The notes: a model not told the origin generated them from the sequence alone. Positions 22,231-33,840 are shown, counted from the first letter of the stretch. The stretch is 64,000 bases of DNA from Octopus vulgaris (GCA_951406725.2 OX597817.1:59892001-59956000), one strand, 5' to 3'. Made by a program: numbers and translations.

Positions 22231-25200
22231 ATCATCATCATCATCATCATCGTTTAACGTCCGCATGGGTTGGACGGTTCGACCAGGGTTCTGGGAAGCC
22301 AGAAGGCTGCACCAGGCTCCAGTCTAATCTGGCAATGTTTCTACAGCTGGATGCCCTTCCTAACGCCAACCACTCCGTGAGTGTAGTGGGTGCTTTTTAC
22401 GTGCCACCTGCACAGGTGCCAGGCGGGGCTGGCAACGGCCACGGTCAGATTGGTGTATTTTATGTGCCACCGGCACGGAAGCCAGTCGAGGCGGTGCTGG
22501 CATCGGCCACGAGTCGGATAGTGCTTTTTACGTACCACCAGACCAGGGATCCTGGCTGGTTCAATTCGATTTCGATTTCGCTTGCCCCAACATGTCTTCA
22601 CAAGCAAAGGGGATTGGCATGGGTGCCTGTCGTACGGTCGCATTGGAGTATTTTACGTGCCACGGCCGCGAGTCGGATAGTGCTTTTTACGTACCACCAG
22701 ACCAGGGATCCTGGCTGGTTCAATTCGATTTCGATTTCGCTTGCCCCAACATGTCTTCACAAGCAAAGGGGGGTTGGCATGGGTGCCTGTCGTACGGTCG
22801 CATTGGAGTATTTTACGTGCCACGGCCACGAGTCGGATAGTGCTTTTTACGTACCACCAGGCCAGGGATCCTGGCTGGTTCAATTCGGTTTCGATTTCGA
22901 TTGCCCCAACATGTCTTCGCAAGCATGGGGGGGTTGGCATGGGTGTCTGTCGTCGGATGAGGTTCTATATCGACTTCGCTTGCCTCAATCGGTCTTTGTG
23001 TCCAAGGGAGGAAAGGCATTCATAAGTGGGCTGGGCTCACTTGTCCTGCCTGGTCTTCTCACGTACAGAATATTTCCAAAGGTCTCGGTCGCTGGTCATT
23101 TCCTCAGTGAGGCCTAAAGTTCGAAGGTCGTGCTTCACCACCTCGTCCCAGGTTTTCCTGGGTCTACCTCTTCCACGGGTTCCCTCAACTGCCATCTTCA
23201 TCCATTCTCGCCACATGACCATACCAGCGCAATCGTCTCTCTTGCACACCACAACTGATGCTTCTTAGGTACAACATTTCTCTCAAGGTGCTAACGCTCT
23301 GTCGAGTATGTACACTGACATTACACATCCATCGGAGCATACTGGCTTCATTCCTCACGAGCTTACGCATGTCCTCAGCAGTCACGGCCCATGTTTCGCT
23401 GCCATGTAGCATGGCTGTTCGTACACACGCATCATACAGTCTGCCTTTTACTCTGAGCAAGAGGCCTTTAGTCACCAGCAGAGGTAAGAGCTCCCTAAAC
23501 TTTGCCCAGGCTATTCTTATTCTAGCAGTTACACTTTCAGCGCACCCACCCCCACTACTGACTTGGTCACCTAGATAACGGAAGCTATCAACTACTTCTA
23601 GTTTTTCCCCCTGGAAAGTGACGGAAGTTGTTTTCTGCAGATTTTCGGAGGTTAATGCTCCCGAGCATCTGCCACATACAAAAACTATCTTCCCAGTTAG
23701 CCTACCTTTGTCATTGCTGCACCTCTTATGTGTCCATAGCTTACACTGGGTACATCTTATAGAGTTTCTACCTACACCTTTTCTACAGATCGAGCAGGGC
23801 CATCTTCCTGAAGATATTTGTGGATTGTCTACCTTTCTACTTATTAGTACTTTGGTTTTAGCTAGGTTGACTCTAAGGCCCCTTGATTCTAAACCCTCCT
23901 TCCACACCTGGAACTTCTCCTCCAGTTCTGATAGTGACTCAGCAATAAGAGCAAGGTCGTCAGCGTAGAGGAGCTCCCAGGGACAGCCTGTCTTGAATTC
24001 CTCCGTAATTGCCTGGAGTACTATGATAAATAGGAGGGGGCTGAGTACTGAACCCTGGTGGACCCCAACCTCTACTTTGAATTCTTCTGTGTACATGTTG
24101 CCAACCCTAACCTTACTTACGGCATCTCTGTACATGGCTTGCACAGTCCTCACCAGCCATTCATCTATCCCTAGTTTCCTCATTGACCACCAGATAAGGG
24201 ATCGGGGTACCCTATCAAAAGCTTTCTCCATGTCAACGAAAGCCAGGTACAGGGGCTTATCTTTGGCTAGGTATTTCTCCTGCAGCTGCCTTACCAGGAA
24301 TATAGCATCAGTGGTACTTTTCCCTGGCACGAACCCAAACTGCATCTCATCTAAACTAACTCTCTCTCTAATTAGTTGGGCTATGACCCTCTCCGTAACC
24401 TTCATTACTTGATCCAACAGCTTGATACCTCTGTAATTATTTGTATCTAGGGCATCACCTTTACCTTTGTAGCAGTTGACTAGTATGCTGCTGCACCAGT
24501 CATTGGGTATGACTCCTTCGTGTATCACCTGGTTGACTATACGGGTGACTAGGTTATAGCCGACACTGCCAGATATTTTGAGCATCTCTGCAGTAATTCC
24601 TGATGGGCCTGGGGCTTTCCCTGTCTTCATGCTTCTAATTGCCTTAGCTACCACGGAACTATCAACTCGGATAGCTGGTCCCTCTGTAGGGTCAACATTT
24701 GGCAGACTCTCTTTATCCCATTCATTTTCCTCATTCAGCAACCTTTCATAGTGGCGTCTCCATGCTTCTCTCTTTGCATCCTCATTTAGCGCAAGTGAAC
24801 CATCCTCCATGCGAACACATTTCTCTCCTACCACATCACGATTCTCTCTCACACACTGTCTTGCAACACGAAATACCTCAAGTCTTTCATCCTCACGGCG
24901 CAGGACATTGGCAAATTTTCTCTTACCTGCTTCCCCTCTGGCTAGATAGACCTGTCTCCTAGCTTCCCTTCTGGCAGTCTGATACCCTTCCCTGCTACCA
25001 CCGTTCTTCCAGGCCTTCCAAGCCTGTTTCTTTTGTCTAATAGCCCTGTCAACAATATTGTTCCACCACCACGTTATTTTGGGTCTTAAGGGGACTTTGC
25101 ACCAGCCACAGATCTGGTCAGCGGCTTTCAGCAGGTTGTCCCTCAGAAACGTCCAGTTGTCTTCTACCCCATGTGTAGCTATACCCCCTTCCACTTCGTC

Positions 25201-26293
25201 AAAGGCTTCAAGTAACATATCTCTAAATCTCTGTCCATTCGCAGGGTCTTTAAGCTTCCAGACCCTTCTTCTCCATGTTGGTCGTCTTCTAGTCGCCCTC
25301 TTAGTCCTGATCCTAAAGTCACTAACTACCAGTCTATGTTGTGGGGTGCATTCTTCGCCTGGGAAGGTTTTGGCATTTATAAGCAGCCATCTTTCCCTTT
25401 TTCTGGCAAGGATGTAGTCGATTTGGCTAGTATGCCGGCCCGATCGGTAGGTGACCAGGTGGCTTGTTGGTTTCCTGAAGTTAGTGTTGCAGACCATAAG
25501 ACTATTCGCATCGCAGAACTCCAGCAGCCTGGTTCCCCCCTCGTTGCGGGAACCATAACCGTAGCCTCCATGTACGCCATGGAAGCCCCCAGCATGTCGT
25601 CCAACATGCCCATTGAAATCACCAGCCACAAAGAGAAGGTCCCTGTCGTTCGTCAATGAGGTGGTCTGCAGTAGGGTGTCATAGAAACTGTCTTTCTGTC
25701 CATCGGGTAGCCCTGGCTGAGGGGCATAGGCCGATATAATGGTTGCTAATCTATTATGAAGCACTATTCTAATCTTAAGTATTCTGTCACTTACTCTGAT
25801 TACCTCAATTACTCTATCTATCCATTTCTCAGCGATAAGTATACCCACGCCACCAACCCCGTCAGTGTTCCCTGCCCAGAAAATCTTGTACCTGTGTTCC
25901 TTGCCTGTGAGGACCCTAGCAGATCCTCCTCTCCACCTTATTTCTTGCATACAACATACATCAACACGTCTCCGTTCAAGCATCTCGACTATCTCGCCAG
26001 ACCTACCTTTCAATGTGCCAACGTTGAGGGTGCCCACCCTGAGGGTGTGGGCCTCTGAGACCCTGGGATGAGGGACAGCAGTGTTATGTACCTGAAAAGA
26101 AAGCTTGCATTTGCCAGATATCATACTGAGACTCTAGACTACAACCTGCATAAATTTCACAGTTTTTGCGCTATATGATCACAATAAACCCTACATAGGG
26201 GTGCGGGGGGGGGTCAAGAAAGATAGAAAACAGAAACTTCCGGTTCTGGTGGATGGGTGGGAGGGCGGGATCACCTCAAAGGAACAACAGGTT
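22231..26293 (-). mobile_element. Near full-length RTE-clade LINE, antisense in intron 19230-29211
   Basis: Single long ORF, about 800-nt 3' UTR and (GAT)n tail ending at 22231; embedded between microsatellite tracts, so no TSD can be resolved. Confidence 0.95.
23185..26124 (-). CDS. RTE LINE polyprotein: AP endonuclease + reverse transcriptase + PHD-like finger (C-terminus frameshifted)
   Basis: APE motifs GTLNV, MQE, GDFNGH, SQIDYIL, QHRLV; RT motifs KAPGPSG, QFGF, FVDMEKAFD, GVHQGSVLSP, YADD, FRYLG; RTE C-terminus GRPRKTW is in another frame (23037-23192). Confidence 0.93.
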   Translation of the reverse strand: MISGKCKLSFQVHNTAVPHPRVSEAHTLRVGTLNVGTLKGRSGEIVEMLERRRVDVCCMQEIRWRGGSARVLTGKEHRYKIFWAGNTDGVGGVGILIAEKWIDRVIEVIRVSDRILKIRIVLHNRLATIISAYAPQPGLPDGQKDSFYDTLLQTTSLTNDRDLLFVAGDFNGHVGRHAGGFHGVHGGYGYGSRNEGGTRLLEFCDANSLMVCNTNFRKPTSHLVTYRSGRHTSQIDYILARKRERWLLINAKTFPGEECTPQHRLVVSDFRIRTKRATRRRPTWRRRVWKLKDPANGQRFRDMLLEAFDEVEGGIATHGVEDNWTFLRDNLLKAADQICGWCKVPLRPKITWWWNNIVDRAIRQKKQAWKAWKNGGSREGYQTARREARRQVYLARGEAGKRKFANVLRREDERLEVFRVARQCVRENRDVVGEKCVRMEDGSLALNEDAKREAWRRHYERLLNEENEWDKESLPNVDPTEGPAIRVDSSVVAKAIRSMKTGKAPGPSGITAEMLKISGSVGYNLVTRIVNQVIHEGVIPNDWCSSILVNCYKGKGDALDTNNYRGIKLLDQVMKVTERVIAQLIRERVSLDEMQFGFVPGKSTTDAIFLVRQLQEKYLAKDKPLYLAFVDMEKAFDRVPRSLIWWSMRKLGIDEWLVRTVQAMYRDAVSKVRVGNMYTEEFKVEVGVHQGSVLSPLLFIIVLQAITEEFKTGCPWELLYADDLALIAESLSELEEKFQVWKEGLESRGLRVNLAKTKVLISRKVDNPQISSGRWPCSICRKGVGRNSIRCTQCKLWTHKRCSNDKGRLTGKIVFVCGRCSGALTSENLQKTTSVTFQGEKLEVVDSFRYLGDQVSSGGGCAESVTARIRIAWAKFRELLPLLVTKGLLLRVKGRLYDACVRTAMLHGSETWAVTAEDMRKLVRNEASMLRWMCNVSVHTRQSVSTLREMLYLRSISCGVQERRLRWYGHVARMDEDGS

Positions 26294-26382
26294 ATATATA
26301 TGTATGTATGTATGTGTATATATGTATGTATGTATGTATGTATATATATATGTATGTGTGTGTGTGTATGTATGTATGTATG

Positions 26383-26415
<33 letters not shown>

Positions 26416-26428
26416 GTATGTATGTATG

Positions 26429-26464
<36 letters not shown>

Positions 26465-26672
26465 TATGTATGTATGTGTGTATATATATGCATGTATGTG
26501 TGTATATATATGCATGTATGTGTGTATATAGGAAGGGCATCCAGCCGTAGAAACATTGCCAGATCAAACTGGGCTTGGTGCAGCCTTCTGGCTTCCCAGA
26601 CCCCAGTTGAACCGTCCAACCCATGCTAGCATGGAAAGCGGACGCTAAACGATGATGATGATGATGTGTGTG

Positions 26673-26703
<31 letters not shown>

Positions 26704-26726
26704 GTATGTGTGTATATATATATATT

Positions 26727-26773
<47 letters not shown>

Positions 26774-27670
26774 GTATATTTATATATATATATGTATGTG
26801 TGTGTGTGTCTGTATATATATGTATGTGTGTGTGTATATATATATATACGCCGTGAACAGGAATTAATCTTCTCTCTTCGCTCTTATACGCCATTTGGTC
26901 TCAACTCTCCCCCCCCTCCTCATCTAACCCCCTCTCCCCCTCCTCACCTATCCTTTCTCCCCCGACCCCTACTTCTTCAGTCCTTCATCCTTTCATCCCT
27001 ACTCCCCTTCCCCTCTTCCCTCTTTCTCCCTCCCTCTTCCCCTTCCCTCTGCTCCCTCTCTCCCCCTTTCCTCCTTCATCCCCCTCCTCCCCTTCCTTCT
27101 CCCCCATCCTCTCCTCTTCCCCCTCTTCTTCCCCTCCCCTTCTCTCCCCCTCCCCCTCTTCTCCCCACTACACCACATGACTTTACACATCACATCACAT
27201 ATGATGTGCCATACTAATACACACACCAACTAATACATACTAATACGTACTAATACATACTAGTACATACTAATACTTACACCAACCCTATACATACACA
27301 CGTCCAGACCCCGCATACGCACTTATACTCTCTCACACACACACCTATACATACTAATACGTACTAATACATACTAATACATACACCAACCCCATACATA
27401 CGCACGTCCAGACCAATCCTATGCACTAATACTCTCTCATACACACACACACACACACCCTTATACATACTAATACATACACCAACCCTATACATACACA
27501 CATCCAGACCCCTCCCACGCACTTTTAGCTGGTCCCTCAACCCTTTTATCAACCCTATTATCTCCCCTTATTTCGCTCTCGCGTCTCATGTTTGATCTTT
27601 GACCTCTGGCCGAAATCAGATCGCCATGTTGATTCGTTAGCTACTGCACGCATTTTTTTCTCTCTGTGTA

Positions 27671-27708
27671 TCTTTCTGTTGAAGAGCGTAGGCTCGAAAC
27701 GTTAAAGA
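27671..27708 (+). ncRNA. Minimal type I hammerhead ribozyme-like motif (A6-to-U variant)
   Basis: Stem I TCTTT/AAAGA, core CTGTTGA-A, stem II GAGC-GTAG-GCTC, GAAA, palindromic stem III ACGT, GUU triplet. Confidence 0.6.
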
Positions 27709-27806
27709 CTTGTTTTATTTATATTTCCTGAGCGCCATACTAATACAATTGTTCGTTTGTTTTCCACCTGCCTTCGTCTTTTGTTTATTTTCATAAAGCT
27801 TCCCGT

Positions 27807-27849
<43 letters not shown>

Positions 27850-28446
27850 CTGTATATATATATGTGTGTGTCTGTATATATATGTGTGTGTGTGTGTGTG
27901 CATATATATATAAATATATAAAAATGATCAAAATCATTGAAGTCAGTCCCCAAACATGGCTGCAGTCCAATGACTAAAACCAGTAAATGAACAAAAGAGT
28001 GAGGTAAAGGGGTCAGATCCCAGATCCCATGGTGTCCCTGTAGTTGGTTTTTGTCCTACTTGAACTTGTGCAGGTTAATGGTTAAGGAGGAGAAGAAAGT
28101 GTGGTCAGGGAAGAGGAAGTTTTAAAACATTGCTGTTCTGGATTTAGAAAATGAATTAGCTTAGAGACTGTTGAGCAAGTCATGGTTGGAGGGCTGGTAA
28201 GATGAGAAGAGATGCATCAAGTGCATTCGAGGAATGGCATTAAAATAATTGTTTTGTTCAGAGAAACAGAAGTAGTAGTGGTGGTGAGAGGAGAGCTGAA
28301 AAGAAACAGTTGAAGGTCTGTAGTGTGATGTCAAGAGTGGGGTTTGTTTATCAATGGGATGGCCATCGTTGAATGTCATTCAGACTGGTGGTGGTGGCGG
28401 AAGTGGCAGGGTGTCACAGCTGCATCTTCCAAAATATGTGAACCAA

Positions 28447-29640
28447 GTGACCTTATGTTGTTCTGTCTCTAGGGACCACTTTCAATAAGGGATTTTGTGA
28501 ATCCTCATGATGAAAGAATGTGTCTAACTTGTTTTCTTTTCACCTGTTCATGTCTGTCTGTCTGTCACAGTGTTCCATTAATTTCGCCAGCTGTCACATG
28601 AGCTACGTTTACAAATTTAGATATTTGTCATTTGATAAAGCTTTTATAATGCTTGACACAGCTGCTGTTCCTTATTTATATAAGAAGATATCAATAGCAG
28701 AGAACATTATGGGATATTAGCTTTTGTCTTTGTGTAGTGATCCACTTCCTAACCACATTTCTGTTTGTCAGTTTCTCTAACGATGCAATAATGCCATGAA
28801 TAGTCTTAATATCAGAGCTATTCTATTACCAGAATGAGATTATTTGGCCTGGCTGACTGGTCATCCAACCTGTTTTACTGACAGTAGGATTTTGCACTGA
28901 ATGTACACACACACACACATTTGTTACTTTTGTGGTTGATGTTTTGGAGGGAAGAGTTGCAGTATCTTTATAAATCTATTCTGTACATAAATATGATAAC
29001 CTCTGATGTGGCAATTGCATTAAGGTTATATTCTGAGGGTAGGGCGACCTTAATAGATCATTCCTCTACATAAAAAAAGTCCCTTCCTGTTTTATGCAAA
29101 ATGAGAAGTAATCGTAATTTAACTTTATATCTGGTTGTTTTGTTTATTTTATCATTATTATTATTTATTTATTTTAATATATATACCAATGCTGTTGATA
29201 TATTTCTAAAGATCCAAGTGAAATAGACAAAATGGTTCTGGAACTTGATACAGACATTGAACATTTCACCGTAAAAAGTCTTGTGAGTATCTTTCTCAAA
29301 TTTATTAAGTTTATATCTACCCCCCTCTACCTTACCTACCACATGTCTCACCTTCCTCAAATATTGTATCTGCATCTCTTTCTCTTCCTCATCCTCTTTT
29401 GCATACCACCCAACAGCATATCCTCTCCTTGTTTATTGTCTTATCATGCCCGTTCAGCTACCCTGCACTCTCAGACATCCTCTTCTCACCCTGTTCCATT
29501 ATGTGACCTTATGTTGTTCTGTCCCTAGGGACCACTTTCAATAAGGAATTTTGTGAATCCTCATGATGAAAGAATGTTTCTAACTTGTTTTCTTTTCACT
29601 TATTCATGTCTGTCTGTCTGTCACAGTGTTCCATTAATTT
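28447..29640 (+). repeat. 138-bp direct repeat pair (28447-28584, 29503-29640)
   Basis: GTGACCTTATGTTG...CCATTAATTT occurs twice with a few substitutions. Confidence 0.9.
29212..29282 (+). CDS. KIAA0319L: KIAA0319-like coding exon, post-PKD region
   Basis: weaker AAG acceptor / gtgagt, phase 1-0; DPSEIDKMVLELDTDIEHFTVKSL aligns with recalled DPRKNNLVEIILDINVSQLTERLK. Confidence 0.82.
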
Positions 29641-30829
29641 TGTACCCCTCTTGGCACCCTTGCTCCATTCATTCCTACTCACCTTATACCTTGAAGGGCC
29701 ATCTAGACACCTCATCCCATTTCCTAATTTTATTGCTTTCCAGCTCCCCCCCCCAATCATTTCATTCCTTGTCTGCTCCAGTCCTTTTCTCTCTACTTTT
29801 TGTTCTCCTAGCATAAAGCGTCTCCTCCCCATTCAAGGTTCATAATTTTGCAAGCTGCATGGTTACCTCACTAGTGCTGGTGCCACATAACAAGCACCTA
29901 GTCCTGCTGTAAAGCAGTCGGTGTTAGGAAGGGCATTCAGCCGTAGAAATGATGTCAAAGCAGTGACTGGACCATGAATGCAGTCCTTGAGCCCATCAGA
30001 TCCTGTCAAACTGTCCAATCTAGACCAGCGTGGATTATGGTGATGATTTACTCAATATCTTAATCATGATCAAACAATACTGTATTTCCCTTTTTCAAAA
30101 CTGAGTTATGTACATGTGTACTAAGTGTAGGTTTTAACCCTCACTGCGCTGATTAGGCTTGCTTCCCATCCCTCTGGTCCTGGATTCATTCCCACAGTGT
30201 GAAGCTCCTTGGGCGGGTGTCTTACACCTCAGCCCCAGGCTGACCAAAGCCATGTGAGCAGGCTTGGTTTTATAAGAAACTGGAAGATGCTTTGTCCTGT
30301 ACGTGTGTGGGAATGTGAAAGTGTTTGTGTCCCCCTCGACGTTGCATGATTATTGTAAATCAATATCATTCTTTTGCAACATTCTGCAAAAACATGTCTG
30401 GCCAAGGAGGGGAAATATTACCTTGCTTGAAAATGGGTGAAAGATGGTGACAGCAGGAGTGTCTGGCTGTAGGAAGTCTGCCTCAACAAACTCCATGTGA
30501 CTCATGCAAGCATGGAAAAGTGGACATGAAAATAATGATGATAACAAGGACATAACATGCTAATGATATGCAAATCCATTCTCACAATCTCTAGCCATTA
30601 TTGGTCAGCAAAAATAAAATGTGTATTCTATGCCTTATAAAATGTGGAGGGGTACCCAACTATCAAAACTTAATTAACTTGGTTCCTGTGTCTCAAGTGT
30701 ACATTCCGAGAATTGGGTGAACTCGGCTCTTGTGCAGAATGGGTTAAATGGATGGGATTGTATTTTTCCTCACTGAATATGTTATTGATTTGTTGGTGTC
30801 TTAATGTTGTTGTTGTTATTTATATCCAG

Positions 30830-30930
30830 AAAAATATTGAAAGTCAACTTGGCCTGCTGTTGCACATGACATCTGAAGAAGACGCTTATGTTCTGAGCGA
30901 GAAGGTTTATAAAGATTTCAACAGTGGACA
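30830..30930 (+). CDS. KIAA0319L: KIAA0319-like coding exon, post-PKD region
   Basis: atccag / gtaagt, phase 0-2; KNIESQLGLLLHMTSEEDAYVLSEKVYKDFNSG (Q[LI]G.LL motif). Confidence 0.85.
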
Positions 30931-32464
30931 GTAAGTTGCAAAGTGTTTTATCTGTTTTCTGAGGTTTACTACCACCACCACCACCACCAATAATAACAAT
31001 AATTCTTTCTCCTTTGGGGACAAGGGCTGAAATTTTGTGGGAGGGAGTTAGTTACATCAAACCCAGTGCTTTATTGACCCTCAAAATGATGAAAGGCAAA
31101 ATTAACCTTCACAGCATTTGAATTCCATAATGTAAAAGATTTTCTGCTGTTCATCTTCAGAGATAAGTCCTTGGTATGGTTGCAGGAACCGTTCATGAGT
31201 CCTTTGGAATTTGCTGTTTCAGCAATAATAATTGTGATTTGGTATATTCAAATTGGGAATTTGTGTGGAGTGGATATTTTCACTTGAATTGACCTTCAAA
31301 ATATGACTGATGTGGGGTGGAGGTTGTCATTAATTGATCCCCTCACCCATAATTGATGCTCATTTTATTGACTCTGGCAGTATTTTGAACTCTTGTGGAT
31401 GGCAAGATACAAGTAAATCGTGTTTGGCAAGCAGCCTGTTGCTCGACATTTTCTGTTGACTCTTTTGCTGCTCTAAACGGTGTAATGGACAGTTTGCCAC
31501 TCCATTGTTTAACATTCTTTTGATCATGAGCGGCAACATTGATATCAAGCCTTGACATCATTACATCCAGTCACTTGCTGCCACCAATTCTTTAGACCAA
31601 AGTGTAGAACTCATAATCTAATATTTACTGTCCACATATAAGGAAGCGAAGACTTCCTGTCAGTTCCAAGTTGCTTTGTGTTTGGTTCTGCAGACAGCAA
31701 AAAAAAAGCTCCAAATGCCTCTGCCAATCCATAGTGGTCATTCTGAACTGACTTTGGTGTTTCTAATGCTTTTTACCTTCAATGAGAATTTTTCTCCATA
31801 GCAAACCGCAGTGAAAATACATTTTTACAGGCCAAATGTGTTCTAAACATATTTGAACTCAAGTGTGAAATCTCGAAAAAAAATCTGCTCATCCAACATC
31901 TTTTTTTATTTCCACCAGTCACAAACTTTGACTAATAACAAAATGGCTATTTTTTTGTGCATCTGTGTGGTTTTTGCAGTCTTGACTTTAGAAGGTTGTC
32001 ACAGGAGCCCAGCCAATCCCTTGCCAGGTGGCCTAGTATGAAAAGGGGCATTTCTGTCACATTCACCTCTCTTACATCTCCCTAATATCGTCACAGACCT
32101 GTTAACGCCCCCCCCCCCATTATGTTAACTATTTCTGTTGTTTCTTCATTGTCAGAATTTTCTCGAATCCTCTGTAATCAGCCAATTTCCTTTGCTTTGA
32201 TTCAGTAAAATATTTGCATCAAAATAAAGGCTTCTTTATTCTTCCATTAGAAGTGCTATTTTCTAAAGTACAATGTACTAAATTTACTCTAAAAATGTTT
32301 TAATATAATGAGTGAAAAAAACAATGAATGAACAATAAAATGTTACACTTTCTTTCTTTGTCTCTTAAACTAGTAAAGTATCTCTAGGGTAGGCATGAAT
32401 GTCACAACATTACTTATCCATCACACTTTGTATAAAATCTCGGTGTTTGTTTGTCTGTCTTCAG

Positions 32465-32610
32465 CCTAAAGATAGAATTTTATGCTGTATCTGTCACCAA
32501 AGAAACCAAAGTCGTAAAGAAAGGAATCGATGTTCTTCGATGGTTGAAACCGAAATTGTCTTCACAAACCAACATTTTTGAATATTCCATTGTGGATCTC
32601 AACACTTTTG
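32465..32610 (+). CDS. KIAA0319L: KIAA0319-like coding exon, post-PKD region
   Basis: cttcag / gtttgc, phase 2-1; LKIEFYAVSVTKETKVVKKGIDVLRWLKPKLSSQTNIFEYSIVDLNTF. Confidence 0.85.
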
Positions 32611-33644
32611 GTTTGCAGAGATTTCTTGTTACTACACACTAATTCTTCCATTTCTCTCTTCTATTACTGTAAAACTTTCTTCAACTAAATTACTTGACCT
32701 GCTGCAATAACAACCAAATCTCTCTCAAATCATTCCCTTTCATCTCAGAAAAGGACATGCGAGATATTATAATCCTAGGTACTCCTATGTTTATGAAAAT
32801 GCATAGCCTAGCAGCAGTTTCTGTGTTGCACCTACAATTGTGTAATCATAGTTTTGTGTCAAGATAAAGGTAAATACATACACAGACCCGTCAGGCTTTT
32901 TTCAGTTTCCATCAGGGATATAATAGAAGACACTTGCCCAAGGGTAACTGAAACCAAAGCAGCCTTCTGTTGTTAGATTTTCTGTAACTGTCAGGTTCTT
33001 ATGTAATACAACTTGATGGTTAATATCCAGGCATAAGAATTGGTGTTGAGTGCATTGTAAGCTCTCTGTCCGCTGAGTGTGTGGCACATTTTCAAGTCCT
33101 ATTTGTGGTCATTTCACATTACTTAACCCATGATAGGGAGACTTCAACATGGCACAGAGAACCCTTGCTAAAAGACTAATTTTTAAGGGGCCCAACCAAT
33201 GGAGTGGAATGGTAGCTGTCTGGGATTTTTTTCTTCCCTTGTTGAGCCTTAGACCTCATAAAGCCAGTTACCTGGTTTCTATGGTGCTAAGTGATCAAGA
33301 TCACATTGCCCTTGAACGAGGTACCACTCCATTGCAAGATTCAATGGCCAGTAGTTTTGGTGTGAGGGGACAAATCAATTACATTGACTGACCCCACTCC
33401 AGTAGTTTATTTTATTGACCCTGAAAGGATGAAAGGCAACGTGGACATCAGAACATAAAGAACCAGAAGAAATGCCACCAAACATTCTCTTCTACAGGTT
33501 AATGATTCTGCCCATTTGCCAACTTACCTGAAAATAACAGAGAACAGAATTCTCACACTTTTTCTTTTGTATTCCATGTTGTTGTCTGAGTGATTGATGA
33601 AAAGGGACGTCTCACTTGATTGATTCTGTTTTTATCTCTTGCAG

Positions 33645-33767
33645 TTTGTCAAAATAATTGTTCAGGTCATGGCAAATGTGACCAGTACACTAAACAATGT
33701 TTCTGCGAGGCCTTTTGGATGCAGAACTACATTCTCACTAAATTTTTTCATGGTGAAAACAACTGTG
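33645..33767 (+). CDS. KIAA0319L: KIAA0319-like coding exon, juxtamembrane Cys-rich EGF-like motif
   Basis: ttgcag / gtaagt, phase 1-1; VCQNNCSGHGKCDQYTKQCFCEAFWMQNYILTKFFHGENNC matches family motif C..NCS.HG.CD..TK.C.C..FWM.N...G..NC. Confidence 0.95.
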
Positions 33768-33804
33768 GTAAGTAAAAAGGCTTCACTAATTATACACACT
33801 CACA

Positions 33805-33840
<36 letters not shown>

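Noticed and set aside
22504-22955. Regularly spaced repeats suggesting a CRISPR-like array
   Set aside because: Whole units are duplicated with no unique spacers; eukaryotic LINE 3' UTR
20995-23117. Long ORFs of 319-696 aa rich in Y/I/H/T or C/M/V/Y
   Set aside because: Translations of the compound microsatellite, which lacks stop codons; the same applies to 26191-27217 and 34692-36321
23258-26071. Several + strand ORFs of 68-139 aa
   Set aside because: Antisense shadows of the RTE ORF
31343-31760. Overlapping short minus-strand ORFs, possible LTR-retrotransposon integrase relic
   Set aside because: Only a vague Cys pattern; no diagnostic motifs or LTRs
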